From Glaucostegus cemiculus (lineage: Eukaryota), in assembly GCA_976551045.1 (NCBI GenBank), contig CDPCPM010000045.1:18290001-18354000 (forward strand): a DNA stretch of 64,000 bases, given 5' to 3'. A model generated the notes under the pieces. The model saw nothing but the letters and a program-made list of their open reading frames with translations, did no database searches and was not told the origin of the DNA. Each line of letters starts with the position of its first letter. The stretch's first letter is position 1. This document shows, piece after piece, positions 1 through 12,181 of this stretch. A program made the position numbers and the translations under genes.

Positions 1-17
1 GTAAAAAAACCTTTAAA

Positions 18-105
18 ATCAAAAAGACTGCATATGCTGGAGATCTGAAGTAAAAGCCGAAAATGCTGGAAGACTCAGCAGATCGGGCAACATCTACGGA
101 AAAAA
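18..105 (-). mobile_element. Penelope-like terminal fragment
   Basis: The motif tgctggaagactcagcagatcgggcaacatct recurs at ~9290, 15361, 30870, 48735 and 56700, and is attached to GIY-YIG sequence at 15350-16790. Confidence 0.55.
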
Positions 106-544
106 ACCTTAGCTGAGGCTTAGGTAATTCTGGAGCTCAGCTACAAGAAGAAAAAGGTCCAATATCCATTTACTTTAGTTTCTACCACGTTGAGGAATAT
201 TATAAGATTTCATAACCTTTGCTGCTTCCAGTGCACTCATCCAATTTCAAAGTGGAGTAGCTCAAATTGTCTGAAAATTAATTATATTGATGGAGGCCCT
301 TGGAAAAAGCTTAAGGAGGTTCATCCATTCGGCAATTGTGAATGAGCATAGTTGCAGATGCATTATTGCACTGATATACTGCATGTCATAGTCATTGGGA
401 ATGGAAATGTTCATGCAGCTTCTTCCTGTGGTCTGTTGCTTGAATGCCCACATCATCTGCAAATGTAGACATTGGAGAGGTTTGTCCGGATATGGATTGT
501 TGAAGAGCTTAGCTATTTGAAATAGTGAGCAGGACACTAAAGAT

Positions 545-680
545 AACTCCTATTTGCTCTTTCAATGCTATGAAATCTTTCGCATTACACGAGGGAAATG
601 ATGTATCTTTTCCTTAACGTTTCGTCTTCTAGATGCCACTTTCAACAGCGCGCCAATACTGCATCATTACATCAGCCAAA
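545..680 (-). mobile_element. Old Deu-domain SINE fragment (SacSINE1/AmnSINE1-like)
   Basis: ttaacgtttcgtc...gccactttcaacagcgc...aatactgca...tcagcc resembles the reverse complement of the copy at 34215-34580. Confidence 0.4.
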
Positions 681-910
681 GGCACTTTTCGTGAACCTTC
701 ATTGTCCAAAGACAGGTCGTTTTGTTCTGTAGACTTCAAGTGCAAGGACCATGCTTTTGCACGCAAACCGGCGTTTTGTGGCATTGCCTCCTCCCTTTCT
801 CCTCCTGCAATCGGGAGCGCGCACCGACAAACCGCAGATGCGCCAAGACCCGCCTCGGCCCCAGTTCTCGCGACACGCACGCGGGGCGCCGGCCTGTGTT
901 GTTTGGAACT

Positions 911-951
911 GTCGCCCGGCAACGCCGGCGCTCGCTCGTCTCCAGGGCAAC
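911..951 (+). promoter_or_regulatory. Two RFX X-box motifs
   Basis: GTCGCC-C-GGCAAC (911-923) and GTCTCC-AG-GGCAAC (938-951) fit the X-box pattern GTNRCC(N0-3)RGYAAC, the second with one mismatch. X-boxes are expected at a ciliary gene promoter. Confidence 0.75.
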
Positions 952-1036
952 CCGGCCACAACGCGGCCGCCGGACGGCTCGGCGCTTCGGTTTCTCCCCT
1001 GAAGCCGAGAGGGGGGCTGTTGTCGCTGTCCTTTGG
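950..1036 (+). other. ODAD2: Predicted non-coding exon 1 (start approximate)
   Basis: There is a donor TGG|GTGAGC at 1036/1037. Downstream lie a branch site TACTAAC (1358-1364) and an acceptor GCTGCAG|C (1393/1394), 12 nt before the ATG. Confidence 0.55.
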
Positions 1037-1405
1037 GTGAGCTGTCGGCTGTAACCCGGGGATGCAGGGAGGAGGTCCCGGGGGTGGGGTGGGGTGGGTG
1101 GTTACCCTGCAAGGCCATGCGGCCCGCACGGCTGCTGGCCCGGCCACCAGTTAAAGGGACGACGCTCTGGTGGGTGGGCAAGTTAACCTCGAGGCCTGTA
1201 GGTTTGCACCATTCAACAGATGCGGTTGGTGTTGTAGAATTAATCGTGTAGTTTAATGGGGCGCCTTGCGGCTGATGGAAAGGGACGTATCGTTCACTCC
1301 CCTCGTAGAGGATGGAACAACATCTTGCATTGCATCGGCTAGGATCCGTGTACCCCGTACTAACAGTGTCCATGTCTTTCCGCGTCGCTGCAGCCACTGA
1401 TCACC

Positions 1406-1629
1406 ATGGGAGCTGCGCTGACTCGAGCTGCACAGTGGACAGCGGCTGGCACCGGCGTCGGCAAGTTGGAATTCACACCCTTGAACGTGTCCCTGCTGAA
1501 TGATATTATTAAATTTGTTGAAAATGTGAGCTCCAGGTATCCCCAAGAAGCAGCTTTAATGTTTCGAGAACCACTGGAATGGCCGACAGGAATGGAGGTG
1601 ACCGCGTTTGGGTCAGATTATGAAATTAG
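1406..1629 (+). CDS. ODAD2: ODAD2 coding exon 1 (exon begins 1394)
   Basis: Kozak context CACCATGG; encodes MGAALTRAAQWTAAGTGVGKLEFTPLNVSLLNDIIKFVE...YPQEA...EPLEW; donor AG|GTGGGT; 224 nt, phase 2. Confidence 0.95.
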
Positions 1630-1954
1630 GTGGGTCTCAGCTATGCATGCGGTTAATAGTTTACGGCATCTTGATCATTGACAGTAGACTGTTAAGTTGA
1701 CAATGTTGGAGTTTTCTTACTCTATGTACTCATTTATGCAAACTCCAGTTTATATTTTGTTGGGGTGGGAAAGCAGTCTATTAATGACGGGGAAGAGTAG
1801 AGTTAGGGGTATTGCACAGCGTGGTGTAAGGATTAAAATCTTAACCCAGTTAAAAATGATGCATTATTGAATTGAACGTCAACACTTAAGAATTAAACGT
1901 ATTCAAGTTTCGTGTTCTTTTTTTTAACCTTTGTTCCATTTTATGAAATCCTTC

Positions 1955-2460
1955 ACAGTAATAGAGAAAATTCTGGAAATTATAATGAAAGATATAACAA
2001 AAGAACACATTGGAAAGAATATCAAGATTGAGCAGAGTCAGCATGGAGTTACAAAGGAAAATCATACTTGACTATCTTATTAGAGTTACTTGAGAAAGTA
2101 ACTAGCAGTATAGATAAGAAGGAGCCAGTGGATATGGTGCATTGGATTTTCAGAAGGTTTTCAATAAAGTCTCACTCAGGATGTCAGAAGACACACAGAT
2201 TTAAGGATAATATACTGATATGGATTAAGAATTGGGAAAAAAAGTGATCGTTCTCAGATTGGCAGTTTGTGACTAATGGGGTACAGCTGGGATCAGTGCT
2301 TGGGTCCATCCATTTACTATCTCTATTAACAAGCTGGTTAAAGGGCCCAATATCATATTTCCAAGTTTGCTGATTACACAAAACTAGGCAAGTAGGAAGG
2401 TGGGTATAAAGAAATCACAAGGTCCCGGACAGCTGCATGAGTGGACAAGAACATGGCAAA
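1955..2460 (+). mobile_element. CR1-clade LINE RT fragment
   Basis: Decayed QSQHG..KGKS.LT, VD.V.LDFQK.F.KV and KFAD motifs. Confidence 0.8.
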
Positions 2461-2644
2461 TTTTTTTCTCATCTTTCCCTGTCTTTGCGTTTCTTTATAT
2501 ACCTGAAACATTGTGTTTGTTCCTCACAGATTTCTGGTGTCCATATTATTTTGTTATATTTTAGTCTGGTCAAGCATAGTGACATTAAAGTTGGCACTCT
2601 GCTGTTGAGGAGAAGATTAGTTCATGTTTTTAGAGTTAGAGGGT

Positions 2645-3470
2645 CATAGAATCATGGACATGTATAGCACAGAAATGGGTCCTTAGGCCCACCACATGCA
2701 CACTGACCTTGTTGCATATCTACACTAGTCATACCTCCTGCATTCACATCCCAGTTGTTAACATATATCACAAACAACAGGAGTCCCAGTATCAGTCCTT
2801 GCGGTACACCACTGGTCACAGACTTCCAATCTGTAAAGAATCCTTTCACCACTATCCTCTGTACTCTATCACCAAGCCAAATTTTGATCCAATTAGACAG
2901 CTTGCCTTGGATCCCATGTGCCTAAACCTTCTGGACCAGTCTATCTATGTAGGATCTTGTTAAAGACCTCACTAAAGTTGATATAGACGATGTGCTGCAT
3001 ATCTTCATCAATCTTTTTAGTTACCTCCTCCTCAAAAAAAAACTCAGTCAAATCATTAAGGTAGGATTTCCCCTAAACAAAGCCACTCTAACTATCCCTG
3101 ATCAGCCTCTGCCTTTCCAAATGTTCATAAATGCTATCCCTTAGGATTTCCTCCAATTATTTCACTAGAACTGACACAAGGCTCACTGGCCTTTTGCTAC
3201 TTGGCTTATCCCTGCTGTCATTCTTAATTAAAGAAGCAACATTAGCTGTTTTGCAGTCTTCTGGAACCTCACCAGTGGCTAATAAAGTTGTAAAGATCGC
3301 CGTAAGGGTCCCAGCTATCTCCACATTTGCTTCCCATAGCAGAGTGGGATAGATCTCAACTGGCTCTAGGAATTTATCAATGTTTATGTATCATGACATC
3401 TAATACCACCTTCTTCTTAATACCGATCTGCTCCAGATTATCCACATGACCCTCCCTGAACTTACTGTTT
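2645..3470 (-). mobile_element. CR1-clade LINE fragments
   Basis: ORF 2652-2852 reads DWKSVTSGVPQGLILG.LLFVIYVN. Confidence 0.8.
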
Positions 3471-3504
3471 TATATTTCACTTGTTCCACATTCATAATTT
3501 TCCC

Positions 3505-4290
3505 TACAACACTGGTGGAGAAATTTGGTTGAGAGAAGGGCAAGACTGGCAGCTCAACGTTACAGGATTTAGATGGTTCAGATGTGATAGAGCGGGATGT
3601 AAAAGAGGTGGGAGAGCTGCACTGCTGATCTGGGAGAATATCACAGCTGCACCTAGAGAGGAGGCCTCATCTAACAAGGCAAAATGGGTAGAGCTCAGCA
3701 ATAAGAAGGGTGCAATCTCTATGATTATAGGCCTTCCAATAGCCAGTAGGAACAGATATAGAATCATACAGCATGGAAACAGGCCCTTCAGACCAACTTG
3801 TCTATGCTGATTGTGTTGCCCAGTAAACTAGTCCCATCTGCCCATGTTTGGCCCATAGTCCTCTAAACCTCTCCTATCCATGTACTTATCTAGATGGCTT
3901 TTAAATGTTGCTAATGTGCCTGCCTCAACCACTATTTCTGGCAGCTCATTCCAAATATGCACCACCCTTTGTGTGAAGAAGCTGCCCCTGATGTCCCTTT
4001 TAAAACTCTCACCTCTGATTTTAAACCTATGCCTTCATGTTTTTAGCACCCCCTCCCTGGGGAAAAAAAACTACGTGCTTTCACCCCATCTTTGCCCCTC
4101 ATGATCTTATATACCTCCATTAGGTCACCCCTCAATCTCCTACGTTCCAGGGAATGAAGTCCTAGTCTATGGCACAGATTATGTAAAGATGTAAAAACAA
4201 CAGGATTGTTGTAATGGAGAGTTTAACTTCTTCAATATTGACTGGGACTCCCTTAGTGCCAGTGGCTTAGATGGGGCAGAATTTTTTTAA
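3505..4290. mobile_element. CR1 endonuclease fragment (+) interrupted by a CR1 3' end (-, ~3760-4170)
   Basis: EIWLREGQDWQLNVTGFRWFRCDR.G.KRGG is an APE-like segment; the CR1 tail cagcatggaaacaggcccttc lies at ~3770. Confidence 0.75.
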
Positions 4291-4790
4291 GATATTCATT
4301 TATGCGATGTAGGCTTCACAGGCTGAGCCAGCATTTAATTGCCATCCCTGTGTGCTTTGAGAAGGTGAGCTGCCTGCTTGAACCGCTGCAGTCTGTAAGG
4401 TGTGGGCATGCCCACAATGCTGTAAGGGAGAGAGTTCCAGGATTTTGACCCAGTGACGGTGAAGGAACGACGATATATTTCCAAATCAGGATGGTGTATG
4501 GCTTGGAGGGTAATTTCCAGGTGGTGGTGTTACCATGTGTTTGCTGTCCTTGTCCTTCAAGCTTGTAGATGTTGTGGGTCTAGAAGGTGCTGCCTAAGGA
4601 GTCTTGGTGAGTTGTTACACTGCATTCTGTAGATGGTACAAATTGCTGCTACAGTGCATTGGTGGTGGCATGAGTGAATTTTTGTGGATGGGGTGCCTAT
4701 CAAGCGGACTGCTATGGTGTCAAGCTTATTGAGAGTTGTTGAAGTTGCACGTATCCAGGCAAATGGAGAGTATTCCATTCACATTCCTGA
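4290..4790 (-). mobile_element. LINE 3' portion (CR1/L2-group family; related copies at ~8430-8960, 24990-25620, 56780-58440)
   Basis: The C-terminus MEYSP.AW..A..TTL.KLD recurs in several copies. Confidence 0.65.
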
Positions 4791-4794
4791 CTAT

Positions 4795-5510
4795 GGTGGT
4801 CAACCATAACCGAGCACAATATTCCAAATGCAGTCTCACCGGTTTCTTGTATAACTGCAACATAACCTCCCAACTTCTATACACAACGCCTTGATTGATG
4901 AAGGCCATCATGCCAAAATTCTTCTTTACCACCCTGTCTACCTGCGACTCCCATTTAAGGGAACCATGCACCTGAACTCCAATGTCCCTCTGTTCTGCAA
5001 CACTCTTCTGGGCCCTACTATTCACTGTGTAAGTCCTAACATAATCTGACTTTCCAAAATGCAACACTTAGCACTTATCTGAATTAAACTCCACTAACCA
5101 TTCCTCTGCGCACTAACCCAGCTGATCAAGATCGCCCTGTAATGCTTGATGAATCTTCTTCACTATCTATGATACCATCTATTTTAGTGTCATCTGCAAA
5201 TCTACTAACCATGCCTTGTATGTTCTCATCCATATCATTGACAGAGTTGACAAACAGCAAAGGGCCCAATACCGACCCCTGAGGCACACCACTAGTCATG
5301 GGCCTTCAGTCCAAGAAACAACCTTCCACCATCATCCTCTGCTTCCTACCATCAAGCCAACTGTGGATGCAGTTAGCCAGCTCTCCCTGAATTCCATGCG
5401 ATCTAACCTTCCAAAGCAGCTTACCATGTGGAACGTTATCAAAGGTCTTACTGAAGTCCATCTAGATGACATCCACTACCCTGCCCTTATTGACCTTCTT
5501 GGCCACTTCA
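4795..5510 (-). mobile_element. CR1-clade LINE RT fragment
   Basis: LHFGKS...QRDIGVQVHGSLK...QVDRVVKK...EVMLQLYK..VR.HLEYC; FADD and GVPQGSVLGP are present on the minus strand. Confidence 0.85.
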
Positions 5511-5599
5511 GTCCTTTAAATATATGCCAGCTCTCAGAGCAATCCCACTAATCCCTTGCCCCCACTTATTTCCCTGTTATGTACTCACTCTCGCACATG

Positions 5600-5812
5600 G
5601 TCAGCAACTTCCCCTGATTGTCCTACCACCCACTTACACCAGGGACAATTTACAGTTAACCCATTAATCAGTACACCCCTGGGATGTGGGAGGAAATCAG
5701 AGCAAGCCCATGCAGTCAAAGGGAGAATGTAAAATAAAACTCCATGCAGGCGACATCAGAGTTCAGGTTTGAACTTGTGTTCCTGGAGCTGTAAGCAGCA
5801 GCTCTACTTTGC
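5600..5812 (-). mobile_element. tRNA-derived V-domain SINE, old copy
   Basis: gggatgtgggaggaaa...gggagaatg...aaactcc is the reverse complement of the V-SINE core seen at 51855. Confidence 0.65.
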
Positions 5813-6636
5813 CACTTTTAATTAATGTTCTCTACATTAGTAACTACCAAGTAAGATATACAGGTTACTGAATATAGGAATTGTTATGTTTATACACAGT
5901 GTACATTATTGTTTAAAAGCCAACAATTTTCTAAATGGTGAGAGGTTTGGCAATTTTAATATGCTGAAGGACTTTGGTGTTTTTGTCACTGAAACCGAGA
6001 CGCAAGTACAACAAAAAATTAGGCAAGTGATATGATGGTTCTATTATGAGAGGATTTGAGACCAAGAGTAAAGATTCTTGTTATCTGTTCCTACTTTTTT
6101 TTTCTTGTGTGCTTATAATAACATTTCATTCTTTTCCGTAACATTGTAGCTAATTTGAGTTAGTCTTGTTATTTGGAAATTTTATTGAACAACTTTGAAA
6201 TCAAATTATGAAATTCACTCATTTTATTAGAATACTGTTTCTTTAAGAACATGTGGACAAATTGCTTTTCTATACCCATTGAGTCTTTTTGTGCTTGCTT
6301 TATTCCGCTGCTTGTATGCTTTTCCGGCAGGTGATCTGTTCCCACATCATTATCACTATTGAGCCAGCTGCCAAGGGGCACAGGAAACACTGATCAAAAC
6401 CATAGTGGGTTTTAATATAGGAAAACTAAATCTTTATTGGTCTCAACTCGCAGCCCACCATTTTAGCAGTCTAATTACATCAGTTATCTGGAAATATTTG
6501 ATGTGTAAAATATTAATACTGATTATGCACTTTCTCTGTCATCAACATAACTGCTTATTATTGCTTTGTCCGATAAACAAAGTTCCAGAATGCATATATT
6601 AAAAAAAAACTTAATATCTTTTTTTTCTCTTTTCAG

Positions 6637-6797
6637 TAAAGGGGCTTTAGTATCAAAAGAAAACATAGATGGAATCCCTTTGCTGAATTTTCAGGCTTCT
6701 ACTGGCATCATTAAAGTATATGCTTTTAACCAGCTGGCTAAATTTCTGGAAATAGCTCAGAAGGAAAGACTGAAAGAAACACAAGCTTGTTTGGAAG
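6637..6797 (+). CDS. ODAD2: ODAD2 coding exon 2
   Basis: Boundaries ttttcag|T and G|gtcagt; encodes KGALVSKENIDGIPLLNFQ...FNQLAKFLEIAQKERLKETQACLE; 161 nt. Confidence 0.93.
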
Positions 6798-8059
6798 GTC
6801 AGTTTTAATTACTCCATTTTTGTACAAGTGATTTTAATTGGTGTGGCTTATTTATTTATGTCTACACAATCCTTTTGGAATTTATTTTTGAAACTATAAT
6901 CTGTCCTATTATTATTTTAGAAACATTAATTGAAATCATACAATAGCACAGCACAGATGGAGACAATTGAATTCATCCAAAGAACAATCCAATTGGTCCC
7001 ACGCCCCTATACATTTTTCATATCAATGCAGATTTTCTCCTTCATTCTTGTCTTCATTTGCACTTGGAATGTCAGTATTGAATCAGTATCAACCACCCGA
7101 TTAGGTGGCAAATTTGAAATCCTAACGATGCATTGCATTGAAGTTTTTCCTGTTCTTTTATACCAATGGCTGTTGTGTCATCTTCACAGATTTCACCTAA
7201 GTGCCTCAAGTCTGTTCTTACACCATTTAAATCTTAGCATGTATAGTCTCTTTATTCTTCCTACCAAAATGTATTACATCTGACACATCTGTAATTAAAT
7301 TTGTTATCTATGCTTCTACATTTTCCCTCTAGTTTATCTAAGATCTCACTCTGTCTTTGTTGCTGTTTACTATCCTTCCAAGTTTCATGTCATCTGCAAA
7401 TTTGAAATTGTGGATGCCTTCAGTATTTTTCAAAAATAGCAGTAATTTTCCCTCCACTTTGAAAAACAGCCTTTCATCACATCTGGTTTCTATCCTTAAA
7501 TAATTTTTGTATTTTTGCTGCTACAGCCTTTCTATCCTATTGTTTCAGTCTTGCTAACAACTCTGATAAGTGTCCTTTACAAACTTCCATCTTTATTTAC
7601 AAACAGAATGGGGGAACATTCTTATCCAGCAAATTTACTGTCATGCAACAAATTAAGGTCAAAAAAATCCAATAATAGTTATCATAATTTTGTAGGGCAT
7701 TTATAAACTAAATAAGAAGTTACCATTTACAGTGTCAAGACAGTAACAGAGGACACACATGTAAGGTAATAATACAGAGTGCGGTATGTGCAGGGAGGAG
7801 CCATTACCATTTCTGGTCAGGATTTTATTGATTAGAACATAGACATGGAACAGTGCAGTATAGCATAGGACAGGCCCTTTGGCCCACAGTGTTGTGCCAA
7901 ACTAATTAAATTAGTAATCAAATGCCCAACTATATTAATCCCTTCTGCCTACACAATGTCCATATCCCTCCATTTCCTGCACATTCATTTGCCTATCTAA
8001 GAGCCTCTTGAATGTCTCTATCCTATTTGCCTTCACCACCACCCATGGCAGTGCATTCC

Positions 8060-8420
8060 AGGCATTCCTGTGGACTGTGTGCAGGTGCTCTGCCAAGTGA
8101 TTACTCAATCTGTGCTTAGGTTGTCCAGTGTAGAGGAGGCCACATTGTGTACCCTGAATGCAGTACACTAGATTGGAAGAAGTGCAACTGAATTGCTGCC
8201 TTACCTGGAAAGACTATTTGGGTTCCTAGATAGCGGGAAGAGAAGAGTTGAAAGGACAAGTATTACACCATCTGCCTTGCATATTAAAGTGCCATCTGAT
8301 GGGTTGTAGTAGGCACCCCATTGTACTGAAGAGCAGATCAGAAAGATTGAAAAGGGAGGGGAGAGGAATATGTCTGGTAGTGGAATCTTTGTTGGAGCAG
8401 GTGGAAATTGAGAAAGGATG
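8060..8420 (-). mobile_element. Penelope-like element, GIY-YIG fragment
   Basis: YCIQGTQCGLLYTGQPKHRLSNHLAEHL, abutting a CR1 3' end at 7830-8065. Confidence 0.7.
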
Positions 8421-9499
8421 ATTTAAAAAAAAATTATTCCCACCACACTATTGGGGAGGAAATTCCATGGTTTAAATCCAGTGACTATGAGGGAATAGTG
8501 AAATATTTCCAGATCTGGATGGTGTGTGACTAGCAGGGATACTGGCTGGTTGTGGCATTCTCATGTGACTGCTTCCTTGTTCATGGTAGTAAATACTGCA
8601 GCTTTGGGAGGTGTTGTTGGAGTAGCCTGCGTGATTAACTGCAGTGAATTTTGTAGACAGTACACACCTCAGTCATGCAGTAATGATGGTGGAGAGAGTG
8701 GATGTTTGGGGTTGTTGATGGGGTGCGAATCAAGTGGGCTGCTTTGTTTTGTACGATGTTGAGCTTTATGAGCATTTTGGAACTAGACTCATCCAGGCAA
8801 GTAGAGAATATTCTGTCATGTTTCAGAATTGTGTTGTATAGAACTTAGGAAGTCTTTTGGGGGTTTTAGAAATTAAGTTCCTGATCAATGATGACATTCT
8901 CCTTCTCCCAAACCCTAGGGTACTGATGGTTTTTGACTCAGTGATGGAAATGCCATTAAACATCAAGGGTGGATGAAGGCCAGCAGATCGCACAGTGTCA
9001 GTAAAGAGAGAAAAGCTAGGTTAATACAGCAAATAGATAACCTAATTTGAGGGCATTTAATACAGTTGTGACATGCATTTTACAGCTCTTGTTTGCTCTC
9101 CAATGTTGTGAGTAAGAAAAAAATCCAAGGATCATAACAAATTGATTGTTGGTCCTATAGAAAGTTAATGTGGGAGTTAATAACGGAAAGCAAGGTGATG
9201 GCAGGTGAATTAAACAGGTCACAGAGTTACAGAGTTATACAGCACAGAAACAGGCCCTTCAACCTATCTTTTCTTAAAAAACACAGAAAATGCTCAAAAC
9301 ACTCAGTGGGTCAGGCAATATCTATGGAAACAGAAACAGAGGTAATGTTTCAAGATGGAGACCCTTCATCACAAACTGATCAGGTTAAGTTTCAAGTATT
9401 TTCTATTTATTTCAGATTTCCCACATTTGTAGTTTTTGATTTTCAGCTAGCTTTTTGTTTCTTTGCTTATTCCATTACTGTGTCATTAACCTTTTGTTT

Positions 9500-11730
9500 T
9501 TGAAATCGTTCCTGCCTTTCACTTGTTAAGTTTAGGAAGAGATACAGATCTGGGTAGTGGTCAAGAACAATACCTTTAGCCTTTGACCTTAACTGATACC
9601 ACACTTTTACCTCTTATGTGGAAGAAGGGGAATGTCTGCAGAGTGGTTGAACAAATTGATTATGATAGTGTGGTGGCCAGGATGCCATTCAAATGGGTGG
9701 AGTGAAAAGAAGGATTGCATAGCCAAGACTTAATATCATTATCTGAATGTGTAAACAGGAGTTCTGAAAGTTGTATTGCCCACATGTTCTAAAGATTAAG
9801 AACTACTCGTATCTGGAGTAGATTTATGGGCAGGAGAAGGTGGACATTTGTTTTGCTCTACGTAGGAGCCATTACCAATCTATGCTGAGGAAGTCTGTAG
9901 AGCTAGGGTTGAAATTAAAATACAGAAAGTTGGCATAAGGACAAACAAACTAGAAGGTTAAATGCATATCTGTATAAGTGGTCTGGGTTGGGAGGTTACA
10001 TTATTGATACTGGGGAAAAGGTGGTATTCCTTATGGATGGGCTCCACTTTATCAGGGTTGGGAACTAGTATCCCAATGCATTGAAAAAATGGTACTAGAG
10101 AGCCCTTAAAATTATGGTGAGAAGGTGAGGAGATTCAATAAAGGCTAACTTCAAAACTAGTAAAAGAAATTTGAAGGCAGTATTGAAGAGTAAAAATTTG
10201 GGTAATATAGTTGGTAAGTAAGTAAATTATTATTGTCACATATACCAAGGTACAGTGAAATACTTGCTTGCATACTGTTCATACAGATCAATTACACAGT
10301 GCATTGAGGTAGTACAAGGTAAAACAATGCAGAATGAAGTGTTACAGTTACAGAAAGTGCAGTGTAGGGAGACAATAAGGTGCAAGGTCATAACGAGATA
10401 AGTTGGACTCTTGACCACACGACCTATCGTACTAGGGAACCGTTCAGTAGTCTTATAACAGCGGGATAGAAGCTGTCCTTGAGTCTGGTGGTACGTGTTT
10501 TTAGGCATTTATATCTTCTTCTCAATGGGGGAAGAGAGAATATCCGGGGTGGGTGGAGTCTTTAATTATGTTGGCTGCTTTACCGAAGCAGCAAGAAGTG
10601 TAGACAGAGTTCATTGAGGGGAAGCTGGTTTCCGTGATGTCCTGAGCTATGTCCACAACTCTCTGCAGTTTCTTGCAGTCACGGGTAGAGCAGTTGCCAT
10701 ACCAAGCCGTGATACATCCAGATAGGTTGTTTCCTATGGTGCATTGATTAAGAATTGGTGGATTGGGAGCATGATGAACGTAATAGAATGTTAGTTTGGG
10801 AGGAAATGTAGAGCTGAAGGAACTAGGTATTTAGGATTAACCTTCACAGCAAAATTGATTAATTAGTAGCAGAGATCAAAATAAATACATCCGATTTTTG
10901 ATTGAGATGGTTGCAGAGTGACCAAGGTTGGAAACTGAGTAGAACAAGAAACTTCACTAAGTAAAATGGAAGATTAGTAAATTAACCTTGATGATAAAAA
11001 AGGACCATAGCTTTGAAATCAAGGTGTAGAATTAGGTTAGTGTAGCTAAGAAGTAATATTGACTAATAAATAGCAGGAGCAGTTTATGGCCTCCTAATGT
11101 ACTGTCAAGCAGATTGTAAGTTAGAAAATTAGAGGTACACGTAACAAGGCAAATTGAAACCAAGCAAAATTTGCACTAAGAGTGTGGAGGACAGGTTCAT
11201 GGACTATATTCTAAATCAGAATATCAACTAACCAACTAGTATTTTGCAGCATCAGGATTAATTATTTTAATAAATTAGTAATCATATGAAAGTGTGAACA
11301 TGAAAGAATGTTATATTGTGGTTGATTTATTTAGGTCTAAAACTAGGGTCTTAAATCTGATCAAAGCAAACTGCACAGATGGGCAAGGTGAATTGGCTAA
11401 GAAGATTTGGATATTAAATATGATGGTAGACAAAGAATAGCAAACATTTAAAGAAATAATTCATATTTCAACAAATATTTATTCCCATAAGGGAAATTGG
11501 TTCATCTATAGTTAAAGATAATATTGGATTAAAGGAAGAGGCAAAAAATGTTGCCATAAATTTGAAGGTCAAGATTTCAGTGAAGGATGACCAAAAACTT
11601 GGTGAAGGGAGAAAAAGTAGAATGAGAACAATTTTTAGCAATGCAGCTGAAATGAATTGTAAAAGATTCCATAGGTAAAAAGGACATAGTTTGTGGAAGT
11701 AAATTTGGGTCCCTAAGGGGCAGTAATTAC
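9500..11730 (+). mobile_element. Decayed CR1 spanning ORF1 esterase and ORF2 start, interrupted by a Rex1-like fragment
   Basis: SGNH-type DGLH motif (gatgggctccac, ~10037), followed by endonuclease and linker remnants. Confidence 0.55.
10218..10755 (-). mobile_element. Rex1/Babar-like LINE 3' fragment (resident family)
   Basis: Shares its 3' UTR and ORF C-terminus (TTRLKDSFYP) with the copies at 26925 and 61315. Confidence 0.75.
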
Positions 11731-11747
11731 AATGTAGAACTTAGAAA

Positions 11748-12181
11748 TACAGGTACAAAAGACCTACTTTTGGAAATCCATCTTTATGCAAATTTTCCCA
11801 AAGAACTCTAAATAGATACAAATAATGTCTCCATGAAAACAAACCTGTCAATTGTCTTTGATCATGGATGTTTGTCTTAAAGTCTTCAAAGTTTAAAATA
11901 ACATTGAATAATTTATGCTGAAAATGTCTGTATGGGCAAACATCCAAGTGTTTAAATCGTGGCTCCAGTAAAAAGAAATGTTTTGTTGGAATTTTGTTGC
12001 CCCTGCTGGCGTTCTGGCTCTTTTATGCCTGTATCTGCAGTGACAGGCTGCAAATGAGTGGACTTCTGTTATTATTTGTATTTTCCCTCGGAGAGAAATT
12101 GTTCATTTCTGACTTACAAATTGGTCTACGGACAGTTCTTAGGAAATGAAGAACACTTATGTAACCTGGGGACTGCCTGTA
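11748..12181. mobile_element. pogo/Tigger-type MITE remnant
   Basis: The right terminus is gtaacctggggactgcctg|TA; related termini occur at 33760 and 52262. The left end is poorly preserved. Confidence 0.45.

Larger units (their letters stand above)
700..1460. promoter_or_regulatory. CpG island / ODAD2 promoter
   Basis: This is a sharp GC- and CpG-rich block in an otherwise AT-rich, CpG-poor window, and it covers the 5' end of the gene. Confidence 0.9.

Noticed and set aside
629-1397. Overlapping long ORFs (232, 172, 135 and 110 aa) on both strands
   Set aside because: They are Pro/Ala/Gly/Arg-rich, lack recognisable domains, and are expected from stop-codon scarcity in a CpG island.
1630-1681. 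ORF 1406-1681 as a standalone 91-aa protein
   Set aside because: The part after 1629 is intron read-through; homology continues in the exon at 6637.
8886-8930. Possible C/D box snoRNA (ATGATGA...CTGA)
   Set aside because: It is too short, has no terminal stem and lies within a decayed LINE.
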